From: Vermamoeba vermiformis
Taxonomy: Eukaryota
Assembly: GCA_045837725.1 (NCBI GenBank)
Contig: JBEWZL010000238.1
Location: 372,001-436,000 of the forward strand
Reading direction: 5' to 3'
DNA: 64,000 nucleotides
Part shown: positions 25,228 to 39,900 of the stretch, piece after piece
Layout of the letters: each line of letters begins with the position of its first letter
How positions within the stretch are numbered: position 1 is the stretch's first letter
Position numbers and translations under genes: made by a program
The notes under the pieces: generated by a model
What the model was told of the DNA's origin: nothing
The model's input: only the letters and a program-made list of their open reading frames with translations
Database searches by the model: none

Positions 25228-28200
25228 CTAATAGAATCTACTGGCGGTGTTGTTTTCCAAGATCGGGCCCAAGTGCACCAAATAACGCATGCGCACTTGC
25301 GTCGTGTCGTAGACGATGTACTCGTTGTACGACAGACTCGCGCGAGTGTTCGGCGGAAAAGTGTAGGTAATATTAGGGCCTAATGGAATTCTCACTCCGT
25401 TAGGCAACACGACTTGTTTGCTCCAATCGGGACCCGTGCTGCCCATGCCCTGAGAAACAATTGTTAGTCAGCCATCGTCAAATATTAATCAAAACTATAG
25501 CAATAATATCATTTGGCTAAAAGTTTTCATATTTTCGCAATTCAGCAAGGTCAGTTTGAAACTTAGATTTTTGCGAAATTTCGTGGGAGAGCGTTTTTAC
25601 CTTAGTAGAGTTCTTGCCCTGAGGCAAATCGCTGCTATTTGATGGTGCATATAATTCGTTCATATTGCCAAGTGCAACCTCAAATAACAACAAGAACACT
25701 ATCAAACAAGCCATTAATAAAAACCAACACATCCAGACGAAGTTTTTCTTACCGTGACCGTTGCTTCCTCCACGGCAATAGCCCAAACTCTTGTCGAGCA
25801 TATCTGCAAAGTACAAGCCTTTACCGAACAAATAGCCTTAAAATGGAATTGTCAGATCTAGATCTACAAATAAACATATTTTCGTACCAGAAACAGGGGC
25901 TTCAGGCGGAGCAATTCTGAGACCTTGCGACAAAATTCCCATAAAATTGGCAGTGTTGGATCCGTGCCATAAAAGGAAATGATTGTCAAGGTCTTTCCAT
26001 TTTTGGAATCGCTCGGCTTCTCCACGACGTTGAATTCTGAAAATATTGTGCAAAGAATAGTTGCGAACACTTCTTCCACCAGTGTTTTCCATGTATTTTT
26101 TCAACATGCGACCTTCGTTGCCTAATTAGGAAAGAGTTTAGTTTTTGAAGGAATTAGCTAAATAATGATGCTACGGACGTCCAACAGTCTTATAATATCC
26201 ATTATTATTACTACTATTATTATACTTACTGCTAATACCAACGTCTTCCATTACAATATTCATTGCTTTGTAAACGTAGTCGAGCGGATGCATTTCTTCA
26301 GATCGCTAGAGAAGGAGATGAGTTTCGTCTAAAGATATCCAATAATGGTCTTACCTTAATTGAGCCAAGAATGATCTTGCTAGCAGCTTCATAGTCGATC
26401 AAATTGTCCAACATTTGAAGCTTAGCTTTGATGGTTTCTTCGTTCGAGATCTCGTGCATCGACTCGTATCTGAATAACAAAATCATTAACAATCCAAATA
26501 TATGGATAGTATATAAACATCTTTGAATGATAGACGCAACGTCCAGTTGATGACGTTTAGTCTTAAAATAGAAGAGATCCGACGCCTACCTGAAGTTTGA
26601 ATGAGGAATAGTCTCGTAGAACAAGTTGCTCAAATCAACAATCTTTTCCAATGTCGTTTGCACTTCATCCAGATCGGGCAATAAACCAGTACTCAGCTCT
26701 TGTTTCTTACGAATAAGTTCTTGGATCTCGATCAAGATCTTTCTGGCGTGTTTCAACCGGTCTTTGGTTAAACGGCCCAACGGCATCATCTCGGTGTTGA
26801 TACCTTAAAAGGAAATATTATTAGATTGATTGAAAGTATTCCCAACAGGTAAGAATTCCTGGATCCGATCTGCTTACCGATGCCGCGCATAGCAGTTTGA
26901 TACATTGATGTATTAGTGAACTGCTCGAATACTGTCTGCCAATGAGTAGGCAAGGTTGACTTTTGTTTGTTATAGGTCTCGAGCTTGAACGTGGGTAAAA
27001 CATCGTGGACCGTAGTTGAAGTATTGTCAACCTCCAAGAGCCTAAAAATAGCAACAATCAAAATTATATCATATAATTGACATTAATTGACATTATATGA
27101 GACAAACGAGGAAAGAAAAAAATTGATAATTCGAAGAATTTTTTTTGAATTTGTTCATACCTGTATTTGCCTTGTTTCTTCTCGAAGTTATGACGCTCTT
27201 GCCACTCATTGCCAGTCTTGCTCTTGAAAATCTTTTCGAACTCTTGCACGGCTTCATCGGCGGTAGGGAACGGAGTCTTTTGGTGCTGGCCAGAGTCTCC
27301 GACGCGACCCCAACGAGTCCACAAAACAAACATGTCTTTGGTCTGGTCGTGCAGTACTTGCATCTTGTAGAACATATTTTGACCGTAGGCACCTTGCTGA
27401 ACGTCAACTTTAGTGATCAAAGTGTCGTAGTAACTGTCGTTCACTGAATGGACCACGTGACCTTGAACATTGCCGTAATGCTCGTCCGGTTGCGGAATAA
27501 CCTTTTCAACGGTGTCCTTTTGCATTGTTTTCATGAGTTCTTCTGCGTCCATATCGGGTGAAATTCCGATGTCAACAATGCCATAAATGGTAGATTTCTC
27601 TCGCATAGGTGTCATCGGCAGTTGTGTTGCACCAAGTCTTCTCAAAGCACTCGACATCTTGCCCGAGTCCTAAAAGCACGTGGTCAATTACCATAAAAGG
27701 AAATAAACAAAAATAGTTCTTACCTGTAAGCAAGCATAATACATAGCAGTCTTGCCATTGTTATCCTTGACGTTCAGATCCGCACCGTGATTGGCCAACA
27801 GTTCCAAAATTTCAACGTTTTCGTAAGATCCGAATTCAAGCGGTGAAACAACCATATGAACAGCTGTTTTTCCCTCAGCATCTTGCACGTTCAAATTAGA
27901 CTTCTTGGCATGACGGGCAGCGCCTTCGAGCAATTTTCTAACCGTTTCTGTCTCGTTTTCAAGCACTGCATGCATCAGCACTGTTCTGCTATTGCCATCT
28001 TGTATGTCAATTAATGCACCGCTTTCCAAGCAGAATTTGATCTAGTAAATATGACCGTTAGTCAACAATCCTTAAAACTGCAATATGAATAAAATGGTTG
28101 CGGTCAAACTTTGGTCAACGTTGACATTCTTACCAATTGAGCATTCTTATTCTTAACAGCACGATGCAAAGTCGTGTCCTTTGTACCGAGTCTAGTGAGA

Positions 28201-31200
28201 TTGATATCGGCACCCTTTGAGACCAAGTACGGACCAACTGTATGGCTCTCGCCATTGTGACCATCTTTCAAGTAGCTGAGCAAAGGTGTATTCTTGTAAA
28301 AGTCGAACCGATGGACATCCGCTTTATGCTCCTCCACTAAGAACCGACATAATGGCAAGTTGTTGACACCAGCAGCATAGTGCAGGGCACTGGAACCGGA
28401 GATGTCTACCGCATCCGGATCAATTCTAAATTGCAAATTAATTACAAATGTATTTAATATAGTTAATTAAGATGACTAACCCTCTTTCGACCAACAACTT
28501 GGCAATATTAACTGGTGCGCCAGGATTTGCAGCAAGGAAGTGCAACAAAGTTTTTCCGCTCTCCGTCTTTTGTTGCACGACTTTGTCGTCCTTCGTCTTT
28601 GACAACAACGACATTAAGAGCTGATACTTTTGAACTTTGAGCGAGGCTTCCATAGCGACCAAGTAGCTGCAACCACCGTCGAGCATTAAATAAGCAACGC
28701 CTTGCCAAGAATTCTTGACAACAATGTCGAACATTGAGTGCTCCGATTTTCCAGACAGTTGGCCTCCTCTAACTCTGCGCGGAATAAACGCCTTGCCGTT
28801 GACATTTGCTTTTTCTCGGATCAACGAAATCGCGTATTGTGGGTGCTTAAAAAAAACAATAAGAATTCATATCATATCTGGTGTTTGGAACTTACATTAG
28901 ATATTAAAGCAATGGCCAGAGGAGTATTTCCAGCGTCATCAAATCGGTCCAATTTCGCGCCTCGTCCTAGCAAGTAAAGAGAGGAAATCGTAGCGCCATG
29001 TTGAGCAGCGTAATGCAACGGAGACTTTGAGAAGACATCCAAGGCATCAACCTCGCAGTCCTTGTTCGCGCACAAGGTCGCCACAATATCGATCGGATCA
29101 AAGGCACTGTTGTTGTTCATACCACCCTTGCCAGTCTTAGCAAAAGCGTAATGGAGCGGAGTTCGTTGTTTTGAATCAAGAGCCTTGACTGAGGCACCTG
29201 AACGCAGCAACATTTCTTCGAGTTCAAAGTTACTGTCGATAATGGCAGAAGAGCCTTCGATAGCCAAATGCAACGGCGTTCTGTTTTTGTAGCCAGTAGC
29301 GTTGATGTCAGCCTTCGCTTCCAAGAGCAATTTGACGATCTCAACGCTTCTCTTTTTGACTGCCAGGTGTAGAGGCGTGTTGCCCTTGCGGTCCTTAGCA
29401 TTAACATCAGCTCCACGTTGTATTAAAGTGCGTGATAGCTCCGCATTGTTGGCATTAACAGCGAGATGAAGAGGGGTGTCGCCTTCAACATTCACGGAAT
29501 TGCCACTGGCGCCCTTGGCAATAAGTGTTTGAGCCAAGTTTGTCAAACCAGATCGAATGACCATGTGCAATGGAATGTGCTGGCCTTTCTCGTCGTGCAA
29601 ATTGATCTCGGCACCGAGGTCCAACAATTTAGTCACCAATGTTGTTCGTGAATTGACAATGGCACGTGTCAATGGCGTGTGACCAGCTTCGTCGAGCATG
29701 TTGATAGGCAAAGCTCCAGCCTTCGATAACAAAGCTAGTAATTTATCTTCGTACTCTTCGTTCTTCATGCAGGCAACGAAATGAAGCGCTGTTTTGCCTG
29801 CATCAGCATTGCGTTGGGTAAGCGCCAAACCATAGCCACCAGCTGAAAACTGGTTAGAATAACGATTCGGAGTACGCAACAACGTTAGTATGACTTACCT
29901 TCTGTGATTGGTGTTGATGGAACCTGCTCTTTCGGATCGACATCGACCAGCTGGAAGTAGGTCTCCATGAACGCAAAGTAATGATCGGTGTTTGGCTTGG
30001 GGGCATTGTAGTTATAATTGTTGCGGCCGACGTTTTGCTTGTGCTCATACTTCGCGCAGAACTCCTTAATCATGTTTAAGTAGCCAGTGCTTGAATAAAA
30101 GTCACGTTAGCATTGAGGAAGAGATGATGAGGGCACTACTCACCGGCGAATGTACTTCTCTAAAGTCAGGTACTTTGGCAGCTACCAATTTCAACAACCC
30201 CGTGAAGTCTTCGCCCTCGACTCCTTGAAGAGCACGCTGGAAGACCTTTTGGACAAATCCTTGGCTGTCCTTGACGGGAACATCCTTCTCTGAATAAATA
30301 AATTGGTCAATAAATCTATCAACAGAACGTTCTGTTTTTAACTTACCGATGAGGTACTGAGCAACTGCAAACGCAGAAAGCTGAAAAGCGAGAGCGAGTG
30401 GATCAACATTAATATCAACTTTGGCGCCATTCTCGATAAGAATTTTAACGATCTCCAAACCTAAACAATGTCAACATGATTTGGAGGTTTTAATAAAACT
30501 TACTTTGTTGAGTGCCTCCTTGAATAGCAATAGTCAACGGGAAATTTCCAGCTCTGTCCGCGAGGTTGATATCGGCCTTCTTGTCCTGAACGAGGAAACG
30601 AATTTGTGCCAATGTGCTCGGGTTTCTGGAAGCATTACGCAGAACTTGAATCACAAGCGTGTCTCCATCATCATTTCGAACGTTGACATCGACGCCCTTT
30701 TGATCCAAGAGAATGTCTGCGCATGCCAAGTGACCCTTCATCATTGCCAGGGCCAAGGGTGACGTCTTCCAAAGGTTATTTGCATTCGCGTCAGCACCGA
30801 CTGAAATCAAATACTTCAAGCACTCTTTCCAACCAAAGGCTGCAGCGTAGTGCACAGCCGAGTTGATGGACGAGTCGGAGATGTTGGGGTCAGCTCCCAT
30901 GTGCACGAGATAGCTGGCAACAGTGACACTTCCATTCTTGACCGCGTGAATGAGTGGTGTACGTCGGACTTTGTCTCGAGCCTCAATGTTGGCTCCGCCT
31001 TCAACGAGAGCCTTGACGCACTCAAAGTGCCCTTGTTGTGCAGCCACGGCCAACGGAGTCATCTTGATTTTGTCCAAAACCTCGAGCGAGGCACCGCGGC
31101 GAAGCAACAACTTGACGACATCAGCATGGCCAAATTCCGCGGCATAGTGAAGAGCTGTTCTGCCAAACATGTCTGGGACATCAATGTACACGACGTCTTT

Positions 31201-33978
31201 GATTTCTTTGATCTTGACTTCTTCAGTAGGCTCTTCTCCGCCTTCATTATTCTCGACGTCCATACCCTCGCCAGTAGCTTGCTGGTTCGTGTTATTCTCA
31301 GCCATGGGCTCGTCTTGTGCCCCTTCCTCGGGCTCTTCATTGAGCAACGCCTCCGCTTCGTTGTTGACAAAATCATTTACAATCTTGTCGATAACTTCAG
31401 ACGAGAGCTCCCTGCAAGCAAAACGTTATTATTTCTAACTAATATCATTGCCAGCTAAAAAGTACTTGCCCTTCGTCACCTATCTTCTTCATAGCTTGAT
31501 TAATTTTCTCGGCAAGCTTCTCGTGCAAGTGAGTATTATTAACGACGCGCCTAGAAGGTATTTAGTGCATGTCGACGGAACAAAAGGAACCTTACTTGAA
31601 GACATTCTGATTCAAACGACCGCGGGTCAGCGAGTTGACGCAAGCAAGACGGCCGTACTTGGCTGCAATCATCAACGGGTGACACCGCTCAGATCGCCCT
31701 CGAAGTAGTCTACACCTTGAGCCAGCAAGAAATCCAATGGTCCCGAACCTGTGCACGCAGCGGCATAGTGCAACTATAACGATTTTTAGGACTGCCTAAA
31801 GGTACTTGATATACTTACTGGTGTGCGTTGCATGCCATCTTCAATGTTGACCAATCCCGAAGCAGCGAGCAAAGTCTTGAGGTACTTTGGGTTAGGATTT
31901 ATACAAGCCATGTGAATAGGTGTCAACGACATGTTGCCGATAGTCTTTTTGCGAGCTGAGACGGGCTTGAACTTCTCCATTTCCTCGCCATTGAACGCGA
32001 GTGCTTGGTAGTGCAAGTTGTTGTAGCCCCAGCCACCTCGCTTGTTGAACATTTCTACGAAGAAGATCGCGACTTCTCTGTTGCCAGCTTGCACTGCTTG
32101 ATAAACATTCTCGGCCAATGGATTGAGTTCGTGGCTCTGGTTGTACTTCTCGAGGATCAATTGCAAAGCCTCTTTGCTCAACGGAGATTTCATGACAAGA
32201 GGAACGAGATTGTCGTAATTAATGTTGTTGTAGTAAATAACTTTACGCTCATCGTCATCGTCAGGAATGTCCGTAGTGAATGCATTGTTGCCTTCCTTGC
32301 CACCGCGACCAACAGTCAATGCTCGAACAGCGTGCCCAAAAGTATACCTACAGCCGGTTAGAAATGGTCAAGGCTATCGTATAAACGCGTACTTAGAATA
32401 ACTTCCGGTGTATTCCTTGGCCAAAGCATAACCAGGCCTGGGTGCACGAGGCTTTTTGATAGTTTCAGCATCCAACAACACTTTCATTGCCTCAATGTTG
32501 TTTGTCTTAAACGCGTAAGTAATAGCGTTCTCCCTATAAAAATGAATTAGTAATCAGTAATCAGTTAGGCATTAAATTGCATAATACGTACTCAATGTCC
32601 GCTGCTTGTTGAGCTTCCAATGACCAAACGTTTTCCTTGTCATCGATCAACTTGTTCAACAGATCAATGTTCTTCGTGAAGACAGCTCTAATGACTTCTC
32701 GTGAAGCGCATTGAATGCAACACTTTGTGACGTCCTCGGCGTTGTGCGAAAAAGTTGGATCCGTGTCAACGACCGGGATGTGCTTGTTGGGCTCACCTTG
32801 CACGGGTCCGTTCTTTCTTCTCTTCTTCTGTCTTTTAGCAGGTCTCTCACCTAAGCCACAATTAACATTAAAGTTGCGATATTGGTGCATACCTTCAGCC
32901 TCGTCGTCATCAGCACGCTTTCTCTTTCGCCCTCGCTTTTTGGGCGTCTCTTCAGTCTCTTCATCATCGACTTTTCCAACGCTCTTTCTTCGTGGAGCAC
33001 GCTTTTTAGGTGTCTTTTTGCTGCTCTCTTCTTCTTCGTCTTCAACGTCTTTCTTAGACTTTTTCGTCGGGGTCTTTCTTGGACGTCCTCGCTTCTTTGG
33101 AGTGCTTTTTTCTTCCTCAACTGCCTCGTCATCGTCATCTTCTTGGGGCTCTTCGAAAGATTCTACGAGTTCATTAAAGTCAGTTGCTATGTTAGTAAGC
33201 ACGAGTGCCGGCTTGTCTTACCATCAACGGACTCGTCTTTTTCGTCGGTTGCATCACCTTCAAATTCTTCGTCGTCAAGCAGAATTTTCATAACGCCCTT
33301 ATATTGGTTGTTAGGAAGTTTCCACTCTTTCTTCGTGAGTTTGTGCATTGAGACACGGGTCAAAACGGATGCAGCCGGGATTGTCTCGTCTTTGCCTGTT
33401 GTATACTTAGTGGGCGATCCTTCAACTCGTTCCAACCAATGCACGTCAATTCTACAAAAATGCTTAACATCGAATATCGAAGCTTAAAGTACCTACTCGC
33501 GATCTCCGGGTTTCTGATCCGCATTGACTTGACAGATCCAAAAGTCATCTTTGCCAGCACAACGCACAGCCAAAAATTCACTTGGTATTTTCGCGCGTTA
33601 ATTAATTGTTGACCTTGATTTCGTGGTAAAGTATTTTTTAGGCGCGAACTTACCCTTCGTAGTATTCTTCAGCTACTTCGTCGAACCATTCTTTTTTCTC
33701 TTCTGATGCTAATTTAATACGCAAAGAATGACCCTGAAATTGAATTGTAATCGTTAATGAATAATATTCTAGATATTTTTAGAATATCTCAATTTTACCA
33801 TTGATGAAGAACGACCGAATACTGCCGAAGATGCGCTCTTTTTTAATATATTATTTTTATTTGTATTATTTTCGGCGTTGTCCGCTGGTGGCGCCTCAGA
33901 GATCGGAGGAGTGGAAGGTGGTGTTCCACCTTCTTCTACCTCCATCTCCTCTTGGCTGTGCTTATTCTCGTCAGCCAT
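25228..33978 (-). CDS. Large ankyrin-repeat poly(ADP-ribose) polymerase (AT-hook, many ANK repeats, WGR, PARP regulatory and catalytic domains)
   Basis: KKRGRPRK; many GxTPLHxA ankyrin repeats; WGR domain LWTRWGRVGD; regulatory segment MPLGRL...SNLFYETIPH; catalytic LLWHGS...GLRIAPPEAP...MFGKGLYFADM...YNEYIVY with the H-Y-E triad intact. Confidence 0.92.
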
Positions 33979-34096
33979 GGTGTTGTTGGCGAGAAATAAA
34001 AGCTTCTAGCTAGAAACCTTTTTTGGGGTTTTTTGGACCTGATCGTTCAGCTGAAATCGCTTTTTTTGACTCAGTCATTTTAGAAGAAAAGTAAAC
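33979..34096. promoter_or_regulatory. Very short divergent intergenic region, probable bidirectional promoter of the PARP and hexosaminidase genes
   Basis: Only 118 bp separate the two divergently oriented ATGs (33978 and 34097). Confidence 0.55.
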
Positions 34097-36601
34097 ATGA
34101 GAACAAGAGTCGCATTACTTGTTCTTGCTGTATTTACTATAGCAGCAATAACTGAGGCCCAAATAACCACTTTGTGGCCAGCTCCTAAATCTGCTGTGTA
34201 TGGCAAAGTAACGCAGATAATATCTTCACAAACGTTTAATTTTAAATGCACGGGCAAAATTTGCAGTGATATTCTCCAGCAAGCATTCAAGAGGTAATTG
34301 GACATTTCGCATCTTCAGGATGGGACCTAAATTTCAAAAATTCGAAATAATCATTAATATCGTTTGTAGATATACGAGTTTAGTATTCTCCGTCGGGCCC
34401 TCAAATACAAGCCAAGCCGATATTACCACGCTCGAAGTAAACGTTGCAGGATCAACACCTCTTGCTTTAAATATGGATGGTACGAATTTTAGCTTGCGTA
34501 ATCTATTGCATATAATTAATCACCTTGGCCTTATCAGAAAGCTACTTGTTGACGATCCAAAACGGAAAAGCTATTCTTGCGGCACCTACTGAATGGGGAG
34601 CGCTTCGAGGATTAGAAACATTCTCACAGGTACGTATACTTTCACAGCACATTGTCGTTATAATACTAAATATAAACAAGAAAGTTTCCATTTTCCTTCA
34701 AATTTTCCGATCTGACATTGCTTACAGCTCGTGACCTTCGTCTATGATTGGACAAAGCCGAACAGCGTTCAATATCAAATCCCTATGACGCCCATTACTA
34801 TCAACGACAAGCCTCGTTTCACTTGGAGAGGTAAGCGAGCCCAGATCGAGCCGACTACAACTGGCCGCTACTATCGCGTACTAATATACTCTAATAAGCC
34901 CTTCTCATCGATACTTCGCGTCACTACTTGACTGTTAAGACCATTTTGCGGGCTATTGACGCCATGTCTTACAACAAAATGAACGTTTTGCATTGGTAAG
35001 GGCCGCTTTTTGCACCATTAAGACTTTGGAGTATAAACATCCTCGTCCCTAACGACCTCAATATAGGCACATAGTCGATGATCAGTCATTCCCTTTGCAA
35101 TCAAATCGATTCCCGTTGCTCTCTCAAGCTGGAGCTTGGTACGTAAACCCCGTGCCATACGTAGTCTGTACCTCGAATTTTTTATAACTGGTCTTCCAGG
35201 ACCCCTCGTGCTGTTTACAACCAAACTATCATTCAGTACGTGGTCAATTACGCCAAGTATCGTGGTATTCGCGTTGTTCCTGAGTTCGACACTCCCGCGC
35301 ACGCTACCTCATGGTCTAAGGGCTATCCTTTCTTGGTATGATCTACCTCAAAGTCTCCTCAATATCTCTAAATAACCTGATCTATTTTTAGATTCCTAAC
35401 TGCCCTAACAACGACCCTGTCTTCGACGCAACTTCACCTCAAGTTTATCAATTCTTGAATGATCTGTTGACTGAATTGACTAGCGGCTATTTCACTGATA
35501 ACTTTGTTCATATGGGTGGTGATGAGGTAATGACGATCGTAAAAATATTTGTTAAGACGCACTAACCGGAGTTTTTAGGTCGAGTACGGATGCTGGAAAG
35601 CCGATCCTAAAATCGTGAAGTGGATGGCTGATAACCACATTGCTTCATACGAACAGCTCCAAGGCCTCTATGAGAAGAAGATTCAAGATATCGTCAATGG
35701 TTTGGGCCGCACTACGAGTAAGTCGGATGGACGAGATCCAGTGCACGCAAATTACTAACGCATCCGTATTCTGTAGTCTTGTACGAAGAATCCTTCGAGC
35801 ACTCTATCAATGGTGGATATACTTTGCTTAACAACACCGTTGTCGACGTTTGGCTCAGCCAAGCCGAGTTGCTCAAGGTCATTAATGCTGGTTACAGGTG
35901 TGACTGGATTTCAACCACGCAATCTTTTTTTCGGCGTTATTAACGGTTTATTTACCGTAGAGCTATTATGGCCTTCCATTTCTATTTGGACGTGCAAATC
36001 CCCAACGAAGATGAAGAGTTCTATCTTTGGGTGGACACGTGGAAGGACTTCTATGACAATGTGAGCTATTTTGTTTGCTTTTCGTTACAAAGTTTGCACT
36101 AACAATAATTTGTTGCAGGAATTTTTACCTAGCACACTTAACTTGACGGCTGCGCAACGCAGTTTGGTTCTCGGAGGTGAAGCAAGGTAACAAAGCAAAG
36201 CTTCATAATTTATTGCAACAGCAACTTATTAATCGCGTTTAAATAGCATGTGGGGTGAGCAAGTCGATGCTACCGTGTTTGACGAGCGTGTTTGGCCGAG
36301 AGGTAAGATCTAATCTGCGATTGCACGTTTTTTTTTGTGGTGAATCATTTAGTTCACAAGGAATCAAATTCCACCTCCATGTTTTGACAGTTGCGATTTA
36401 TGCTTGAAATGTTCGCGAACTAATATTCCATAAATAGCTGCTGCATCCGCTGAACGCTTTTGGAGTCCTGAGCGCTTTAACAGCACTGCTGAAGCTGAGC
36501 CTCGCTTGGTCGTGCAACGATGCCGTATGGTTCGTCGTGGCATCAACGCATCGCCTATTCGTCCTGATCACTGCGACTTGGGTCCCAACGAAGAATTTTA
36601 A
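34097..36601 (+). CDS. Beta-N-acetylhexosaminidase (GH20), secreted/lysosomal, many short introns
   Basis: Signal peptide; [62 protein letters not shown]; catalytic [20 protein letters not shown]. Confidence 0.95.
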
Positions 36602-36978
36602 GTAAAATTTTGGGTTCACACAGATCAGCCGCTTTGATGAACAAATTTGCGACCAATTGAAGCGCCAAACTATTCCATCGAACACTTTAATGGTATTGGC
36701 GCGACCTTTCTTCTGTTGGAGATTATTGGTGTTCGAATCTGATCGCGATCTTTGGATTGAAACGTTGCAAAAAATTCGGAAAACCGCTTCCGACCGAAGG
36801 TACATACCGACTATGTAACCACCATATGTTTGCATTACTCAATAATGAGGCCAATTTGTCGCTACGTTGGTGCGTTGTGCGCGAGATTGTTGCACATGTC
36901 ACCAATCTGTCATTTATTTTTAACCTACAAAAAAACAGCGTCAGTTTTATTTTTCTCCTCGATCCTTACAACACAACA

Positions 36979-39900
36979 ATGGGCGACTTCAATATTGACG
37001 CTTTTGATAGTCCGTTTACCATGGACAGCCCATTCGCTCCTGCGGATGAGGGTTCCACTCCGCGAGGAGCTACATCCACAACCAACAACACCGCTCAAGG
37101 GCAACAACAAACCCAGCAAACAGCTCAACATAGCAATACTGCTCAAGCCCAGCAACACGGAGACCAGCAGCAATACGATTATAGCCAGTATTATTACGGA
37201 GGTCAAACAGATGCATCTGGCCAAGTTGACTACCAGTCTTATTATTACCAAGGACAGACTGAAAATGGTGGCTATTACTACGACCCTAATCAACAATACG
37301 ATTACAGTCAATATTACTACGGCCAAGAGTACGCTTATGGTGAAGAGCAAGCCCAACAAGGATACGATGCGTTTCAACAAATTCAACAGGAGGTTGAAGC
37401 TGCCCAACAACAGTTGCAAAATACTGGCCTAAATAATAATGCTACCCAGCAAGCACAACCCGCTCAGCAGCACACACCAGCTGCCACATCTGTCACTCCG
37501 CAATATCAACAGCCCGTGCAACCCGTAGTTCCAGCTGAAGACCCTAAAATCAAGCTATTTGCACGTGTTAGCACCCAAAATGAAGAAGAATATAAGGATG
37601 AGTTCCCTCGAGTTGGAATTGTCGACTTTTATGAAAAGGATTCCGATGCCAACATCCGTTACGATGACCCTGGCCAGCGAATTATTGCCTCCAGCACCTT
37701 GCCAAAATTAATTGAAAAATTAACATCCTCTCAAGCTGGTAAGAAACTCAATTTTCCAACTCCAAACCAAAATTTATTATTTCGTTACGGATTGGTAACG
37801 CTCTTCACATTTTTTTGGATGACTGTCCGCAATTTAAATATTTTAATATTTACAAATTAAATTTGAAACCAACTTTTCTGTATTTATTTCTGTCAACTTC
37901 AATCCGTTTCGACATCTACTTTGTCAGCGAGTCCATTGCTGAGCATGGATTGAAGCTCTTGCACGCTTACTAATGATTTATTACAGACATCAAATTGAAT
38001 GCTGATTTCCTCTTGACATTCCGTGGATTCACTTCGTCACTCGAACTTATCGGCTTGCTCAAGAAAAGATATCCTTATTAACGCTAAATATTATTACAAA
38101 ACTGCTATTTAATTACCATATTTATTGAAATACCGTATTTTGTTCGAGAGAATCGGCAATTCCGTCTTTTTTTCGAATTGATACGCGGATCTCAGCTGAC
38201 ATCTCTCGTTCAAATTTATCATAAATATGCGATATAGTCGAATAGTACTATATATATTCAGTTATCATTAAGATTTAAGATTCTGTAATCTTCCTTAATT
38301 CCGATTACGTTCGAACAGGAGCCTCCCGCTAACTTGCCTCCTGCTGACCTTGAAAACTTGAAGAATGACTTGAAGGTCATCAGACTAAAGTACGTATCAT
38401 ATTTATAATATTATAAGGGGGATATTAATGGAAATTATTCAGAGTCTTGAACACTTTGAAGGGTTGGGTTGAAGGCGTGTTTTTTGACTGGCATAACGGA
38501 GAATTGTTGCGCCAATTGGACGCCTTTATTGCAATGATCTTCAAGTACCAGTTGATGAACCCTGCTAATCAACTTCGCGCTGTAATGGACAAGAAATTGG
38601 TACGTAATGTGACTAGATACGGAATTTCAGAAATTTATAATTTTCGTTTTTCTCACAATCTATCAACGCAATAACAACATTATTGAAATAATATTTATTA
38701 AATTGTGGCGGAAAAGTGGACAGGGCATGAAATAGATCTGATCTCGAGACTAATGATAATTTTCTAGGCTGAGCCTGAGCCTCCAGTTACTCCTCGTGAA
38801 GACGGAGCGGCAGTTGCATCTATTCTCGATCATACTGCAGCCGATTGGGCTCGTCAATTGACTGTTTTGGACTCGCAAAGATGGCGTGCGTGCAAGCCTT
38901 GGGAGTTCTTGAACAAACGCTGGTCAACGAATAACGGCCAACGCGCTACACGTTCCAAAGCCATTAGCGAGTACATTAAGGCCACCAACAGACTCAGCGC
39001 TTGGGTCACTACGGACGTTGTTCGTGAAGAGAATCTTGAGAACCGCGCAAAGAAGGTTACAAAGTTTATTGAGATCGCTCAAGAGCTCCGCAACTTGCGC
39101 AACTTCAACTCCTTGATGGCTATTGTCAGCGGCTTGTCTGCTTACTCCGTTTCAAGATTGAGAAAGACTTGGGAGCTCGTGCCCATGCCACTCAAGTCGA
39201 CCTTCAGCGATTTGGTTACGCTCGTGAACGACAACAGAAGCTACAAGAACTTGCGTGCTGCTTGCGCTCAAGCTCAAGGACAACCCGTGTTGCCTTATTT
39301 GGGTGTTCTGTTGTTCGACTTGACACGTGCCGAAGAGACCGCCAAGCCTGGCTTGCCCGATAACTTTGTCAATTTCTCCAAGTACCGTGCCACTGCTCCT
39401 GTAAGTCTTATTAACTACACTAATGTCACGTCTAACAAGCCTTTAGATTATCAAAGAAATCATTTCCATGCAAGCCACGACTCAAGTCATGGCAGTCTCG
39501 AAGACTTACGAGCAGTTCTTGGCAGATGTTGAGCACTGGGATAGTGACACTTTGTTGAAGTTCTCGTTCTTCATTGAGCCTCCCAAGACTCAATCTACTA
39601 CTCCCCCTGCCAAGCCCACCATCACTACACCAAAGACCGAACTTAAGGTCGACGAGATGACTCTCGAATTGAAGGATGCTGCTGAGGAGAAGAACGCTGG
39701 TGGTGTTGCTGGTCCTACTAAGGTCGATCTCAAGTCCGCTACTTTAGAGCAACTCGTGCACAGCCTCTTGACTGTCTCTGGTACGTGCATCAAACAATCA
39801 GTAATCACGTGACGTTTATTAACGAGTCTTGCAGATGACATCTTCCAACGCGAATTCTTGTTGACATTCAAGTCGTTTGTTACTATGCAAGACTTGTTGA

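Noticed and set aside
30850-33487. Long plus-strand ORFs (30850-31458, 32715-33293, 32882-33487)
   Set aside because: These are antisense shadows of codon-biased or low-complexity PARP exons and show no protein motifs.
25228-33978. Calling the PARP a true tankyrase (TNKS)
   Set aside because: It has no SAM domain and carries WGR and regulatory domains, which tankyrases lack.
36757-36978. N-terminal extension of the RasGEF ORF from 36757
   Set aside because: It begins at a non-ATG codon and looks like promoter/UTR sequence. The ATG at 36979 (ACAACAATGG) is where the biased coding composition begins.
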